Source: Oscillatoriales cyanobacterium M59_W2019_021 (lineage in GTDB: Bacteria; Cyanobacteriota; Cyanobacteriia; Cyanobacteriales; Geitlerinemataceae). From it: 64,000 nucleotides of DNA. The position numbers were made by a program, and so were the translations under genes. The stretch is taken from NCBI GenBank assembly GCA_015295945.1, contig DVED01000179.1:1272-65271 (forward strand), given 5' to 3'. Below the pieces are notes generated by a model. It worked only from the letters and a program-made list of their open reading frames with translations. It did no database searches and was not told where the DNA came from. Of the stretch, positions 21,414 through 30,915 are shown piece after piece (positions within the stretch are counted from its first letter, which is position 1; each line of letters opens with the position of its first letter).

Positions 21414-22898
21414 ATGGCTGGGATATTGCAGCGACCGATTTTAGTGGGTGGATTGGGACTTTCCGTCGCCTTTGCCTTGTGGGAAGGGTTGGACAAATCC
21501 GGCGGCGGCGAGTTGGGAGAATGGGGACTGTTGGGACTGGTGGCAGTGGGAGCGGGAACGTGGTTGTTTAAACCTCGAGTCCCCGAATTAGACCTGACAC
21601 CGTTACCCGCAACGATCGATCGCGCGGCAGCAGAGCGATCGATCGCCCGCACGCAAGCGGCATTGAGCCAACTGGAAGCGGAAATCGCCAATCTGGACGG
21701 GAATAAAACCGAACCTACCCGTAATTTAGCCCATTTCACTCAACAACTGGATGAATTAACGCCATCCCTCGATCGCCAATCGGTGTGTATTGCCGTTGCT
21801 GGGGGGCAAGCCGTGGGCAAAACCGCGTTAATTGAGGTCTTACAATCCAGCGACATCGGGCAAAATTCCGATGTCAGTTTTGTCGAAGTTCCCGCCTTAT
21901 TTACACGGGAAGCGAAAGATGGGGACTCGATCTTACCCACTGCTGATTTGGTCTTATTTGTCGTTGCCGGGGACATCACCGATCCGGAATTCGATGCGGT
22001 GCAGCGGTGCGTCGCCGCCGGACAGCGGACGATCGTCGTTTGGAACAAGCAAGATCGGTGCTTGAGCGGCGATCGCGCCGATCTGTTGCAACACCTTCAA
22101 TCGCGACTGCAAGGCTCACTCAAGACTGAAGAAGTCGTTGCCGTTGCTGCCGCCCCTGCCCCGGTCAAAGTGGTGCGCCATCAAGCCGACGATACGGTAA
22201 CAGAATCCCTCGAACCCCAATCTCCGGATATTTCTACCCTCACAGCGCGGTTGTCGCAAGTTCTCACTACTGAAAAATCGAAATTGATTTTCGCCAGCGT
22301 ACTGCGTGCGGCAGTCGCGTTAAAGCAAGATATTAAGATTTACTTAAATCAAATTCGTCGCGATCGAGCATTACCGATTATTACTCAATATCAATGGGTC
22401 ACTGCCGCAGCCGCAATTGCCAATCCCTTCCCCGCCTTAGATTTGTTGGCAACCGCAGCCGCCAATACCCAAATGATTGTCGATTTGGGCAACATTTACC
22501 AGCAGAAAGTTTCCCTAGAAAAAGCGCAAGTTGCTGCCGCTAATTTGGGCGAACTCCTATTAAAATTGGGCTTAGTAGAACTGTCTACCCAAACGATCGG
22601 TACGATTCTCAAAACAACTGCCGTGACCTATCTCGCTGGGGGAGCCATTCAAGGCATCAGTGCGGCTTATTTAACCCGAATTGTCGGCTTGAGTTTAATC
22701 GAATACTTCCAACAGCAAGACATCGAAACCACCGAACCCAAATCCTGGAATTGGGACGCTTTCGGCTCGATTCTCAAACAAGTGTTCCAACAAAATCAAC
22801 GGACGGAATTCGCACGATCGTTTGTCAAACAAGCGATCGTGCGTCTGTCTCCCCAATTCACTCCCGCAGACACTCGGGCGATCGTTCGAGATGTTTAA
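21414..22898 (+). CDS. GTP-binding protein with C-terminal DUF697-like membrane domain
   Basis: N-terminal TM segments; P-loop GGQAVGKT; NKQD (G4); hydrophobic C-terminal region typical of YcjF/DUF697 proteins. Confidence 0.75.
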   Translation: MAGILQRPILVGGLGLSVAFALWEGLDKSGGGELGEWGLLGLVAVGAGTWLFKPRVPELDLTPLPATIDRAAAERSIARTQAALSQLEAEIANLDGNKTEPTRNLAHFTQQLDELTPSLDRQSVCIAVAGGQAVGKTALIEVLQSSDIGQNSDVSFVEVPALFTREAKDGDSILPTADLVLFVVAGDITDPEFDAVQRCVAAGQRTIVVWNKQDRCLSGDRADLLQHLQSRLQGSLKTEEVVAVAAAPAPVKVVRHQADDTVTESLEPQSPDISTLTARLSQVLTTEKSKLIFASVLRAAVALKQDIKIYLNQIRRDRALPIITQYQWVTAAAAIANPFPALDLLATAAANTQMIVDLGNIYQQKVSLEKAQVAAANLGELLLKLGLVELSTQTIGTILKTTAVTYLAGGAIQGISAAYLTRIVGLSLIEYFQQQDIETTEPKSWNWDAFGSILKQVFQQNQRTEFARSFVKQAIVRLSPQFTPADTRAIVRDV

Positions 22899-22922
22899 AA
22901 CAATCAACGAATTTTCACCGAT

Positions 22923-23336
22923 ATGGAAACTGCTATACCCACTTGGGAGCAGGTCATTCTTTCTTCGCCCTTGACGGTCTCGCCAGACATAGATGCGATT
23001 TCTGCCATCGGACACTTCTTTTAGGAAACCCCGTGGTGGACTCATTCTCCCCAACTGCAACAGCAATTGCAACAGGCAATTCTCCAGGCAGCACGAGGTG
23101 AATTGGTGCGATTTGAAGCCGAGCATTTGTTAGCTGATGGAACATCCGTTTTTGTCGATTTTTCCCTCCAATCTTTTTTTGGATGAAGACGGAAACGTCG
23201 CGATGTTGATTCCGGAAGGACGAGATGTTACCGATGGTCAAACAAATTCTCGTCTTTACTCGAGGAACGGAAGGAAAGCAGATCGCAATCCAAGTCGGAC
23301 ATTTAGTCAAAGAAGTCGAAAAAGGTACGGGATAGT
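22923..23336 (+). pseudogene. relic of a PAS-domain sensor histidine kinase
   Basis: Hand translation gives ...GHFF*ETPWWTHSPQLQQQLQQAILQAARGELVRFEAEHLLADGTSVFVDFSLQSFF. A frameshift in a T7 run (23174-23180) then leads to LDEDGNVAMLIPEGRDVTDGQ. A third frame reads KQILVFTRGTEGKQIAIQVGHLVKEV, which is kinase-core-like. In-frame TAG at 23013-23015. Confidence 0.6.
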
Positions 23337-23433
23337 GCTGGCAACTTCTGAATAAGCTAAACTAAGCTAAGTTAAGATTAAAAAATTAACAATTTAATCG
23401 CAAAAAATCTCCCCCTTACCCATTACCCCTTTT

Positions 23434-24021
23434 ATGCTGACCAAAGGAAACCTATTACGGGAACTTGCCGATAAAAATCGGGGAATCAATGCCACGGCAA
23501 CGGATAAGCAATATATTCAATCCCTCGTCGCTCAATTGGAAGAGTGCAATCCCAACCCCAAACCATTGGAAGTGCCACAATTACTGGAGGGCAACTGGCG
23601 ATTATTGTACACGACTAGTCGAGAATTATTGGGACTAGATAAGATCCCATTATTTAAACTAGGTGCGATTTACCAGTGTATCCGCGTTCGAGATTCTAAA
23701 ATTTATAACATTGCGGAAATCTCGGGTTTGCCGTTACTCGAAGGAATCGTGAGCGTTGCCGCTCGATTTGAACCCGTGGGAGATCGCCGAGTCAATGTTC
23801 GTTTCGAGCGAGCGATCTCGGGATTGCAGCGTCCCATCGGCTATCAATCTCCCAACTCCTTTATCCAGAAAATCGAAGCGGGTCGAAAGTTTGCGGCGAT
23901 CGACTTTCAAATTACCGCTAGAGAACAACGAGGGTGGCTGGATATTACCTATTTGGATGAAACGATGAGAATTGGGAGAGGCAATGAAGGGAGTATTTTC
24001 GTTCTCGATAAAGTTAACTAA
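23434..24021 (+). CDS. PAP/fibrillin-family protein
   Basis: LLEGNWRLLYTTS, KLGAIYQ, WLDITYLDETMRIGRGNEGSIFVL. Confidence 0.85.
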   Translation: MLTKGNLLRELADKNRGINATATDKQYIQSLVAQLEECNPNPKPLEVPQLLEGNWRLLYTTSRELLGLDKIPLFKLGAIYQCIRVRDSKIYNIAEISGLPLLEGIVSVAARFEPVGDRRVNVRFERAISGLQRPIGYQSPNSFIQKIEAGRKFAAIDFQITAREQRGWLDITYLDETMRIGRGNEGSIFVLDKVN

Positions 24022-24271
24022 TTTATATTCCCTTTGAGTAAGAATATAAAACTTAAATTTCGGCTCTATATCAGGATCGAGCAGTGTATCCCCTCGCTCT
24101 AGTTTAAAAAAATGCACCCCGAGGTCTGAAGGTTTGCGATTCGCGGTCAATCCGAAGATAATGTAATGATTTTACCCTTTTTCCGATGACTTGCAACTCG
24201 CGCGATCGCTGCGGTGTAAATTTGTGGTGGAATCGGTAGTTTCGGCAACAGCCGACGAGTTCCAAACGATT

Positions 24272-24406
24272 TTAGATCGGGAAGGACTGCTGAGGTAAGG
24301 GCTTCACGACGACCCACTGACCCGTAACCGGATCTCGATAGGTGGTGAAAGGATTTTGGCGCAATGGCTTTTCCTTTTCTGCGGGCTTTTGGCTCGTTTG
24401 CGACAT
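24272..24406 (-). CDS. small hypothetical protein (44 aa)
   Basis: GGAGGA lies 7 nt before the ATG at 24406. Sequence MSQTSQKPAEKEKPLRQNPFTTYRDPVTGQWVVVKP... Confidence 0.45.
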   Translation of the reverse strand: MSQTSQKPAEKEKPLRQNPFTTYRDPVTGQWVVVKPLPQQSFPI

Positions 24407-24813
24407 TCCCAGATCCTCCGACTGTATTTTAAAGGCTAGCAGTGTATTGTAGTGAACTAATGCTAGTTTAGGCAAGATAAATTGAGAGTGAGGTGACTAA
24501 ATTTTTAGACCCTGACGATCGCGATCGCAACGATCTCGTGATCGCGATCGCAATCGTCTCAAAATCCGAATCGGATCTCGCAATTCGATTCCCCCCTATC
24601 CGGTTTATCAACAACCTTCTTAAGGAATGACCGGACTCCTCGGCTCTGAATGTTTAAATAGCGATCCCCTCTTTGTTTTTATCGCATTCCCAGTTCGGAG
24701 GGTCGATCGCTTCTTCGATTGAAAAATGCCTTTTTCCCAGTTCCTTCAGCTTTTGCCGATCGCGAGCTGTTTCGATCCACTTGCATTGCCCCCGATCCCC
24801 CTCTTTTAGACAA

Positions 24814-25860
24814 CTACAGTTTCGCTCTCCGATAGCGACCTTGTTGTTGACGGCGAGCAAATCGAGCAAAATCATCGCGATGACCCATGACCAAAACAGT
24901 ATCTCCGGCAGATAATACGAGATCCGAGGGGGGATGAGTCATCACTGTTCCGTTGCCTTGGCGCAAGGCAACTGCCAAAAAAATTCCCTGACCCCGAACT
25001 TCGAGATCGAAAATAGTTTTCCCGATGCTTGGAGAGTCTGGCGCGACCGTAAATTCGTGAATTTGCAGGTCGAGTTGGGCGAGTAATTCGTTGAGGTTAC
25101 TGCGTCCTGCATCTTGTTTGACAAACTCAAAGACTGTGGGGTGAGTAATCAGGTTTGCCATTTGCAGGGCGCTGATGGTGGCGGGGAGGACGACGCGATC
25201 GGCTCCGGCGAGTTTGAGCTTATTTTCCGTAGATGGCATTTCCCCGCGAGCGAGGATAAATAGGTTTGGATTTAATCCGCGTGCCGTCAGGGTGATAAAG
25301 ACGTTGGTGGCATCGTCGGACAACGAAGTTGCCAAACTTTTGGCGCGATCGATCCCCACCGAGTATAAGATTTCTTCGTCGGCAGCATTCCCCAAACGCA
25401 CTAGATATCCCGCTAATTCTGCGCGTTCGGCACGATCGGGATCGCTTTCGACGATGGCAAACGGCTGTTGGGCTTCGTGCAATTTCCGCGCCAAAATTTG
25501 ACCCATACGACCGTAACCGCACACGATCGTATGTTGTTGCAGATTTTCGATTCCTCGCGTTTTCCGGTGCTTCTCCAACGCGCGGTTAATTTCTCCCTCT
25601 GCGATCATTTGTACGAATCCTCCCACGATGTAAACGGTAGACGACGTTCCCGCAATCACCACTAAGATTGTAAAAACTTTTTGACTGGCTGATTCCAAAG
25701 GTTGGACTTCTCCGTATCCGACGCCGAAGATGGTAATGACGACCATATAGATGGCATCGAGAGGTTCCCAACCAAAGGCAATATAGCCGATTCCTGACAT
25801 CACGATCGTCAGGATAAAAAATATAACTCTCGGGAAAAACCGTTGAAATAACTGTTGCAT
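24814..25860 (-). CDS. two-TM potassium channel with RCK/TrkA-N and TrkA-C domains (MthK-like)
   Basis: Pore motif TIFGVGYGE; Rossmann motif IVCGYGRMG; C-terminal TrkA-C-like segment. Confidence 0.85.
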   Translation of the reverse strand: MQQLFQRFFPRVIFFILTIVMSGIGYIAFGWEPLDAIYMVVITIFGVGYGEVQPLESASQKVFTILVVIAGTSSTVYIVGGFVQMIAEGEINRALEKHRKTRGIENLQQHTIVCGYGRMGQILARKLHEAQQPFAIVESDPDRAERAELAGYLVRLGNAADEEILYSVGIDRAKSLATSLSDDATNVFITLTARGLNPNLFILARGEMPSTENKLKLAGADRVVLPATISALQMANLITHPTVFEFVKQDAGRSNLNELLAQLDLQIHEFTVAPDSPSIGKTIFDLEVRGQGIFLAVALRQGNGTVMTHPPSDLVLSAGDTVLVMGHRDDFARFARRQQQGRYRRAKL

Positions 25861-26176
25861 AAGTGAGAATACTCTGATAGCAAACTGAAAGAAACTAGGT
25901 TTCTAGAGGATCGATCAATTGAAGCCGATAGACTCACTCGAATATTTAGAAATGATTGATAATTGCAAGAAACTGGCCTAAATTCTATCGTCATTCATTA
26001 GCCGCGACCAATTATCAAGAAAGGCAGAAAGCAGAAGGCTCTTTTCAGAAGGGTTTGAATGCTGCTACAAATCCCGATCGGGAAAAGCTGAGAAGTTGTC
26101 TGAATCCAGATGCTTAGTGCTGTAACTCCCATCGGCGCAGCCAGTGCGAAGCACTGACTCCCGAACTGCTGCTAAA

Positions 26177-27292
26177 CTACGCCCGAAAATAATCTTTGAC
26201 GATTTCGACGATGCGATCGGTAGCAAAACCGTCGCCAAAGGGGTTGACTGCCGTTGCCATCGCTTGATAGGCGATCGTATCGCTCAAGAGTTCGCTGGCA
26301 GCAGTAACGATGCGATCGCTCTGGGTTCCTACTAACTTAGCGGTTCCGGCGGCGATCGCTTCCGGACGTTCCGTGGTTTCCCGCAACACCAGCACGGGTT
26401 TGCCCAAGGCGGGGGCTTCTTCTTGCAATCCTCCCGAATCGGTCAGCAGCAGGTAACACCGATCGATCGCCCCCACCAGTTGCGCGTAGTCCAACGGTTC
26501 GGTGAGAAACACGCGGGGATGACCGCCCAAAAAGCGCTGCAACGGTTCCCGCACCGTGGGATTGCGATGCAGGGGCAACAACAGCGCCGTATCGGGAAAC
26601 TTATCTAAGATTTGCAGAAATCCTTTGGCAATACCTTCGAGGGGTTCGCCCCAATTTTCCCGCCGATGCACCGTCGCCAGCATCACCCGATAAGCACTCC
26701 AATCTAACCCCGGAACTTGGCAGTCGGGATGGCGGCTGGCAACCGATAGTAGCGCATCGATCACCGTATTCCCCGTTCGATGAATTTCGCCTAACACGCC
26801 GGAATTCTTCAAGTTTTCCACCGCTTGGGTGGTGGGGGCAAAATGCAATTGCGTCACCTGAGAAATCAGCCGTCGGTTGACTTCTTCCGGATAGGGATCG
26901 AAGAGGTTATCCGTTCGCAATCCCGCTTCGACGTGTCCCACGGGAATCTTTTGGTAAAACGCCGCTAGTGCCGCTGCAAACGCCGTGGTGGTGTCTCCCT
27001 GGACGATGGCGAATTGGGGGTGCAATTGGGCGAACAGGTCTTCTAGACCCCGCAAACTGCGGCAGGTGATATCGGTGAGGGTTTGCTGGTGCTGCATGAT
27101 CGCCAAATCGCGATCGGCTTTGAGATCGAATAGTTGCATCACTTGTTCGACCATTTCCCGGTGCTGTCCCGTCAGCACCACCTGCGTCTCGAAGGCGGGA
27201 GACTGCTGGAATTTTTGAATGACGGGTGCGAGTTTGATCGCTTCGGGACGGGTTCCTAGGGTAATGCAGACTCGGATGGGGGATGGGGACAT
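26177..27292 (-). CDS. wecB: UDP-N-acetylglucosamine 2-epimerase (non-hydrolysing)
   Basis: GTRPEAIKLAPV, VQGDTTT, HVEAGLRT, PEE.NR, TDSGGLQEEAPALGKPVLVLR. Confidence 0.9.
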   Translation of the reverse strand: MSPSPIRVCITLGTRPEAIKLAPVIQKFQQSPAFETQVVLTGQHREMVEQVMQLFDLKADRDLAIMQHQQTLTDITCRSLRGLEDLFAQLHPQFAIVQGDTTTAFAAALAAFYQKIPVGHVEAGLRTDNLFDPYPEEVNRRLISQVTQLHFAPTTQAVENLKNSGVLGEIHRTGNTVIDALLSVASRHPDCQVPGLDWSAYRVMLATVHRRENWGEPLEGIAKGFLQILDKFPDTALLLPLHRNPTVREPLQRFLGGHPRVFLTEPLDYAQLVGAIDRCYLLLTDSGGLQEEAPALGKPVLVLRETTERPEAIAAGTAKLVGTQSDRIVTAASELLSDTIAYQAMATAVNPFGDGFATDRIVEIVKDYFRA

Positions 27293-27498
27293 GGGAGAGG
27301 ACTGAGGGGGGCTGTTTTTTTATACCAAATTTCGGGAAACCTGTTGTCGCGCATTCATTGGCGATCGATCTTGCCCATCGTCTTCAAGGTCGGACTACAT
27401 TTACGAGATAACGTTTCTGGTCAGCGGTTGCCGATACCTTTGCAACTCTACAGTGGCAACTCTACAGTGGCTTTCGCCAATCCGCTGCACCAGAATTG

Positions 27499-27915
27499 TT
27501 AGCCAGCGTAACTACATTCTGAGCGTTTGCCAATTTGTGTAGATTTGTCTTTATTAGCTTGCAAGCTACCAAATGTATCGATCGCTTTTACATTGCTCAT
27601 CGGGCAAAAGATAACCCCATCAGCACTTTCTCCGGTGATGGCTGGTGTCGTACCCTCTTGAAATGCCTTGAAAGACCCCAGAGGAATATCAATAACGTAA
27701 AATGAAACTCCCTGACTTGTGATTCGGCAATTGTTTAAAACGTCAAGTTGACTAAAAATTTCTAAAATAGATAACGTATTATTTAATTCAACATCAATTG
27801 AACCAAAGTCGTGTACATCTTCAGGCGTTTTAACCCAGCATATCCCTACAGAATGCAACCAATGAAAGGTTTCCTTTAAACTTTCATCATCAGTAATGAG
27901 AAATGAACACTTCAT
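27499..27915 (-). CDS. hypothetical protein (138 aa)
   Basis: Clean ATG ORF in AT-rich DNA; no recognisable motif. Confidence 0.5.
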   Translation of the reverse strand: MKCSFLITDDESLKETFHWLHSVGICWVKTPEDVHDFGSIDVELNNTLSILEIFSQLDVLNNCRITSQGVSFYVIDIPLGSFKAFQEGTTPAITGESADGVIFCPMSNVKAIDTFGSLQANKDKSTQIGKRSECSYAG

Positions 27916-28089
27916 TACTTAGCTTCCCCCTACATTAACAACACTAGTTACAGTTCATCGTATCTTAAGTGTACTTTTCCTCCAGATAATCCACATAGGG
28001 ATCTATAGGATCTTCTGCACTTAACTGAATCACACCGACTAAGCTTTGAGTCCAAGGGTCAAGATTGGTCAACGAATTTAGTCTCTTGC

Positions 28090-28443
28090 CTATCGTAGAG
28101 GGAGAAATCTTACTTGTCCTTCCCACTCTCCCTCAAGGCTGCACTCTGCAATCAAGATAATTTCCTCTATTGCCACCCCTACTGGAACACGACGGCTCAC
28201 CTCAAACAACCCAGGCATAGGCAATCCGACTTAGATGCGTTGATAGGCAAAAGTTGTCATAGTAGCAACATCATGAGTCAAGACTATTCGTTCCTCTTGG
28301 GCTGCCCATTCTAAAACGGTTGGGTTATCTACTCCGGATAGACCGACATCTTGAACGCGCACAATATCAACATTTGGGCTGTGACGAAGAACACCTCGTA
28401 CAATTTGGTTGTTAAAGTTTTCATCAGCTAGGAATTGAGCCAT
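28090..28443 (-). pseudogene. DUF5615-family (PIN-like/Mut7-C-like) toxin gene interrupted by an in-frame TAA
   Basis: Codons 1-70 read MAQFLADENF...LTHDVATMTTFAYQRI. TAA follows at 28231-28233. The same frame then continues VGLPMPGLFEVSRRVPVGVAIEEIILIAECSLEGEWEGQVRFLPLR to TAG at 28090-28092. Confidence 0.75.
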
Positions 28444-28449
28444 TTCAGA

Positions 28450-28788
28450 TCACCTGGATCGATCTCGCCTAGCAAGTAAGCGCTCTCGTATTCCAATAGG
28501 ATTAAAGCGCTGCTCAACCTCTTGTTGAATCACATTTGCTTGACGTTGACGTTCTGCAAGATAGGCATGAACTTCATCTCTGTGTCTAAGGTAGTAACCA
28601 ATGACCAGGTAGATGTCTGATAATTGAAGCGACGGATACTGCTCTCCTATTTCCTCTGGCGTACATCCCTCTAAAAAAGCTGTCACAACAGTGTCTAGAG
28701 TGACACGAGTTCTAGACACTCGCACAACACCATAAGCATCAGTCTCTATAGGGGCAGGTTCAAGGGCAATTGCTAGAGTCATAATCAA
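28450..28788 (-). CDS. DUF433-family antitoxin-like protein
   Basis: SRTRVTLDTVVTAFLEGCTPEEIGEQYPSLQLSDIYLVIGYYLRHRDEV. Lies 6 nt upstream of the DUF5615 gene. Confidence 0.85.
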   Translation of the reverse strand: MIMTLAIALEPAPIETDAYGVVRVSRTRVTLDTVVTAFLEGCTPEEIGEQYPSLQLSDIYLVIGYYLRHRDEVHAYLAERQRQANVIQQEVEQRFNPIGIRERLLARRDRSR

Positions 28789-29267
28789 TAGAGTTTTCCC
28801 TATAATTCAAAGAGATCGGCAAATAAGGTATTGTGCTAGACCGACCCGCACTATTGGTACGCTCGACGAAAGAAAATCGCCTACTATTAAGCATCGTTTT
28901 CTTGCCTTTTTGGCGATCGCACGCTCCAGCAACTTAGTCATTTTACTATTTTTTGATGACTATTTTGTTGTTTTTACCCAGGATTTAGATTGCACGCTAT
29001 CAGTACCAGAGATCTCAAACCAACGCGGCATAGGTTAACTGGGGTGAAGGGGCTGCTCTTAAGTTTACTTTACGGTTAACGAAGAGGTCAAAGTCTGTGG
29101 GAGTTTCCGGAAACAGGCGATCGCGCTCGAAAAACTAGATATAAGGTTTGCATTGATCGCCCAGTTTTTAACATCAAGCTGTAGTGCGTGACTCGCACTC
29201 AGCTTATTGCCTTCGAGGCGTCCCCTCGTTGCTTCGGTTTTTTGCGCTAAATTTTGAGACTTGCCTT

Positions 29268-30791
29268 ATGCTCGACCCCTCCGCCAATCCCTTACTCGTC
29301 AGTGCGGGTATTACCACTAGCCTTACCTGCGCCATTAGCGGCTATGCTCTGTACGAATTGCTCAGCGTCGGTCCGGAACCGACGGATACGGCTCGAGCCG
29401 TCAATCCCCAACTCCGCCGACAGCCGATCATTGCTAAAATCGTGCCCGATGTTAGTGCGCCGGAAAGCTGGACGGTGCGCCCCGGTCAGCGACCGGATTT
29501 TCTGCCCCTTGCCGAGAAACAGATTATCCCAGAAGGGGCGATCGCCGAATCCTTAATTTTAATGTGGAAACAAGGCAAATTGCCCGAGCATTTAGCACCG
29601 CTGATAGCAAAAGTCGAGGCGGAAATCGACGAGTTTGAAGCCAAAAGTTACTTAGAAGCCGCCCGCATCCAAGCGACTCAAGAAGACTACGCCAAAGCGC
29701 TGAACTACCTGAAAAAAATCCCTCATCAAACCTCGAGTCACTCCCAAGCACAGGTCAAAATCGCCGAATATACCGAACAACAAACCTTGCAAGCGAAAGC
29801 CTGGATGCGAAAAGCTAACGCCCTCGCCCAACTCAAGGATTTTTCGGGGGCGCGGATTTATCTCAAGCAAGTTCCCGAAACCAATCCGGTTTACCCCTCC
29901 GCCCAAAACAAGATGGCGGAATACGCCCAAACTCAAAACGTACAGGCGAATTTTTGGTTTGAAGAAGCCACGAAATTGGCGAGTCAAGGGAAATTGTCCG
30001 ATGCGATTTCCTATCTCAAGCGCATTCCCATGGGGACTTCGATCTATACGGTGGCGCAAACCAAAATGGCTGAGTACAGCCAGAAGCAAAATCTCAATGC
30101 GGCAATGTCCAAGCCGGTGACGACCGCTACGACGCCCACCCAGCCGCCCAAACCGAAAACGCCAGCCGTTACTCCCACTCCGGCAGCAACGGTGGCAAAT
30201 CCCATGGTGACGCCTAACCCTACGGCAATCGTCGCGCCTGCCAAACCGGAGAAACCGGAAACGCCAGCCGTTACTCCCAATCCGACAGCCATGACGGAAA
30301 TTCTCGAACAGCCGTCTGTGGAGACTCCGTTACCGAACTCCGGTACGCCAGCAATCGCACCAAACCCTAGGGCGGCGGCTGTTTCGCCCGTCAATCCGAT
30401 CGACCCAGCACCCGTCACGGTAGACAATTCGATCGCCCCCAATCCCCAAAACCTGCAAACCCCCGCACCCGTTCTCAGTAACGGTCAACCCCCGCAAATT
30501 CGACCGGAAGCGTTGCAGGCGCCGACATTCATTCCCTCGCGCGATGCCAGTGGTGCTATCAAAACCGAAAAAGATACAAAAACAACCGCGACTCCGGCAA
30601 CTTCCATCCCGAAGATCCAAGTCAAACCCAAAGCCGCGACTCCGGCAAATGCGCTTCCCAACGCCAACCTGAAATCCGGTACTCCCAAACCCCTGATGCT
30701 AGAAAACTCAACTGTCACCCCCAAACTGAAAAGGGCACCATCGGATACCAACGAGGTTTGGAATGCAGAACCCTTTACTCAAGATCGATAG
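29268..30791 (+). CDS. membrane-anchored repeat protein with a Pro/Thr-rich C-terminal half
   Basis: ATG at 29268 is preferred over GTG at 29184. TM helix, then three ~50-aa repeats each ending K(I/M)AEY(T/A/S)(E/Q)(Q/T/K)Q. PT-rich tandem segments such as TPAVTP(T/N)P. Confidence 0.6.
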   Translation: MLDPSANPLLVSAGITTSLTCAISGYALYELLSVGPEPTDTARAVNPQLRRQPIIAKIVPDVSAPESWTVRPGQRPDFLPLAEKQIIPEGAIAESLILMWKQGKLPEHLAPLIAKVEAEIDEFEAKSYLEAARIQATQEDYAKALNYLKKIPHQTSSHSQAQVKIAEYTEQQTLQAKAWMRKANALAQLKDFSGARIYLKQVPETNPVYPSAQNKMAEYAQTQNVQANFWFEEATKLASQGKLSDAISYLKRIPMGTSIYTVAQTKMAEYSQKQNLNAAMSKPVTTATTPTQPPKPKTPAVTPTPAATVANPMVTPNPTAIVAPAKPEKPETPAVTPNPTAMTEILEQPSVETPLPNSGTPAIAPNPRAAAVSPVNPIDPAPVTVDNSIAPNPQNLQTPAPVLSNGQPPQIRPEALQAPTFIPSRDASGAIKTEKDTKTTATPATSIPKIQVKPKAATPANALPNANLKSGTPKPLMLENSTVTPKLKRAPSDTNEVWNAEPFTQDR

Positions 30792-30799
30792 ATCTGTTA

Positions 30800-30911
30800 T
30801 TCGTCATTTGTCATTCGTCATTGGGTATTTGGGATTTGGGGTTGGCGATTCGTCATTTGTCATTTGCCTAGCAACTAACCACTAACCACTAACTACTAAC
30901 CCCTAACGCAC
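30800..30911. repeat. array of 16 consecutive heptads (STRR-like) ending 4 nt before the C39-ABC start codon
   Basis: TTCGTCA TTTGTCA TTCGTCA TTGGGTA TTTGGGA TTTGGGG TTGGCGA TTCGTCA TTTGTCA TTTGCCT AGCAACT AACCACT AACCACT AACTACT AACCCCT AACGCAC. Confidence 0.8.
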
Positions 30912-30915
30912 TACC

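Larger units (their letters stand above)
27470..28900. other. AT-richer, HIP1-free accessory islet
   Basis: Composition is visibly AT-richer than the flanks and I saw no GCGATCGC. Contains one unknown gene and the DUF433/DUF5615 pair. Borders are approximate. Confidence 0.5.

Noticed and set aside
24654-24875. 73-aa minus-strand ORF with several Cys residues downstream of the K+ channel gene
   Set aside because: Its only Met lies 62 nt inside the channel gene. It has no ribosome-binding site or recognisable motif.
27965-28126. 53-codon GTG-initiated minus-strand ORF ending ...LDPWTQSLVGVIQLSAEDPIDPYVDYLEEKYT, which resembles antitoxin C-termini
   Set aside because: It has no ATG or Shine-Dalgarno sequence, overlaps the DUF5615 3' region and lacks the usual N-terminal DNA-binding half. 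At best it is another relic, too weak to call.
30800-30911. Heptad arrays as a CRISPR array
   Set aside because: The unit length is 7 nt with no spacers, and no cas genes are present. This is tandem micro-repeat structure, not repeat-spacer structure.
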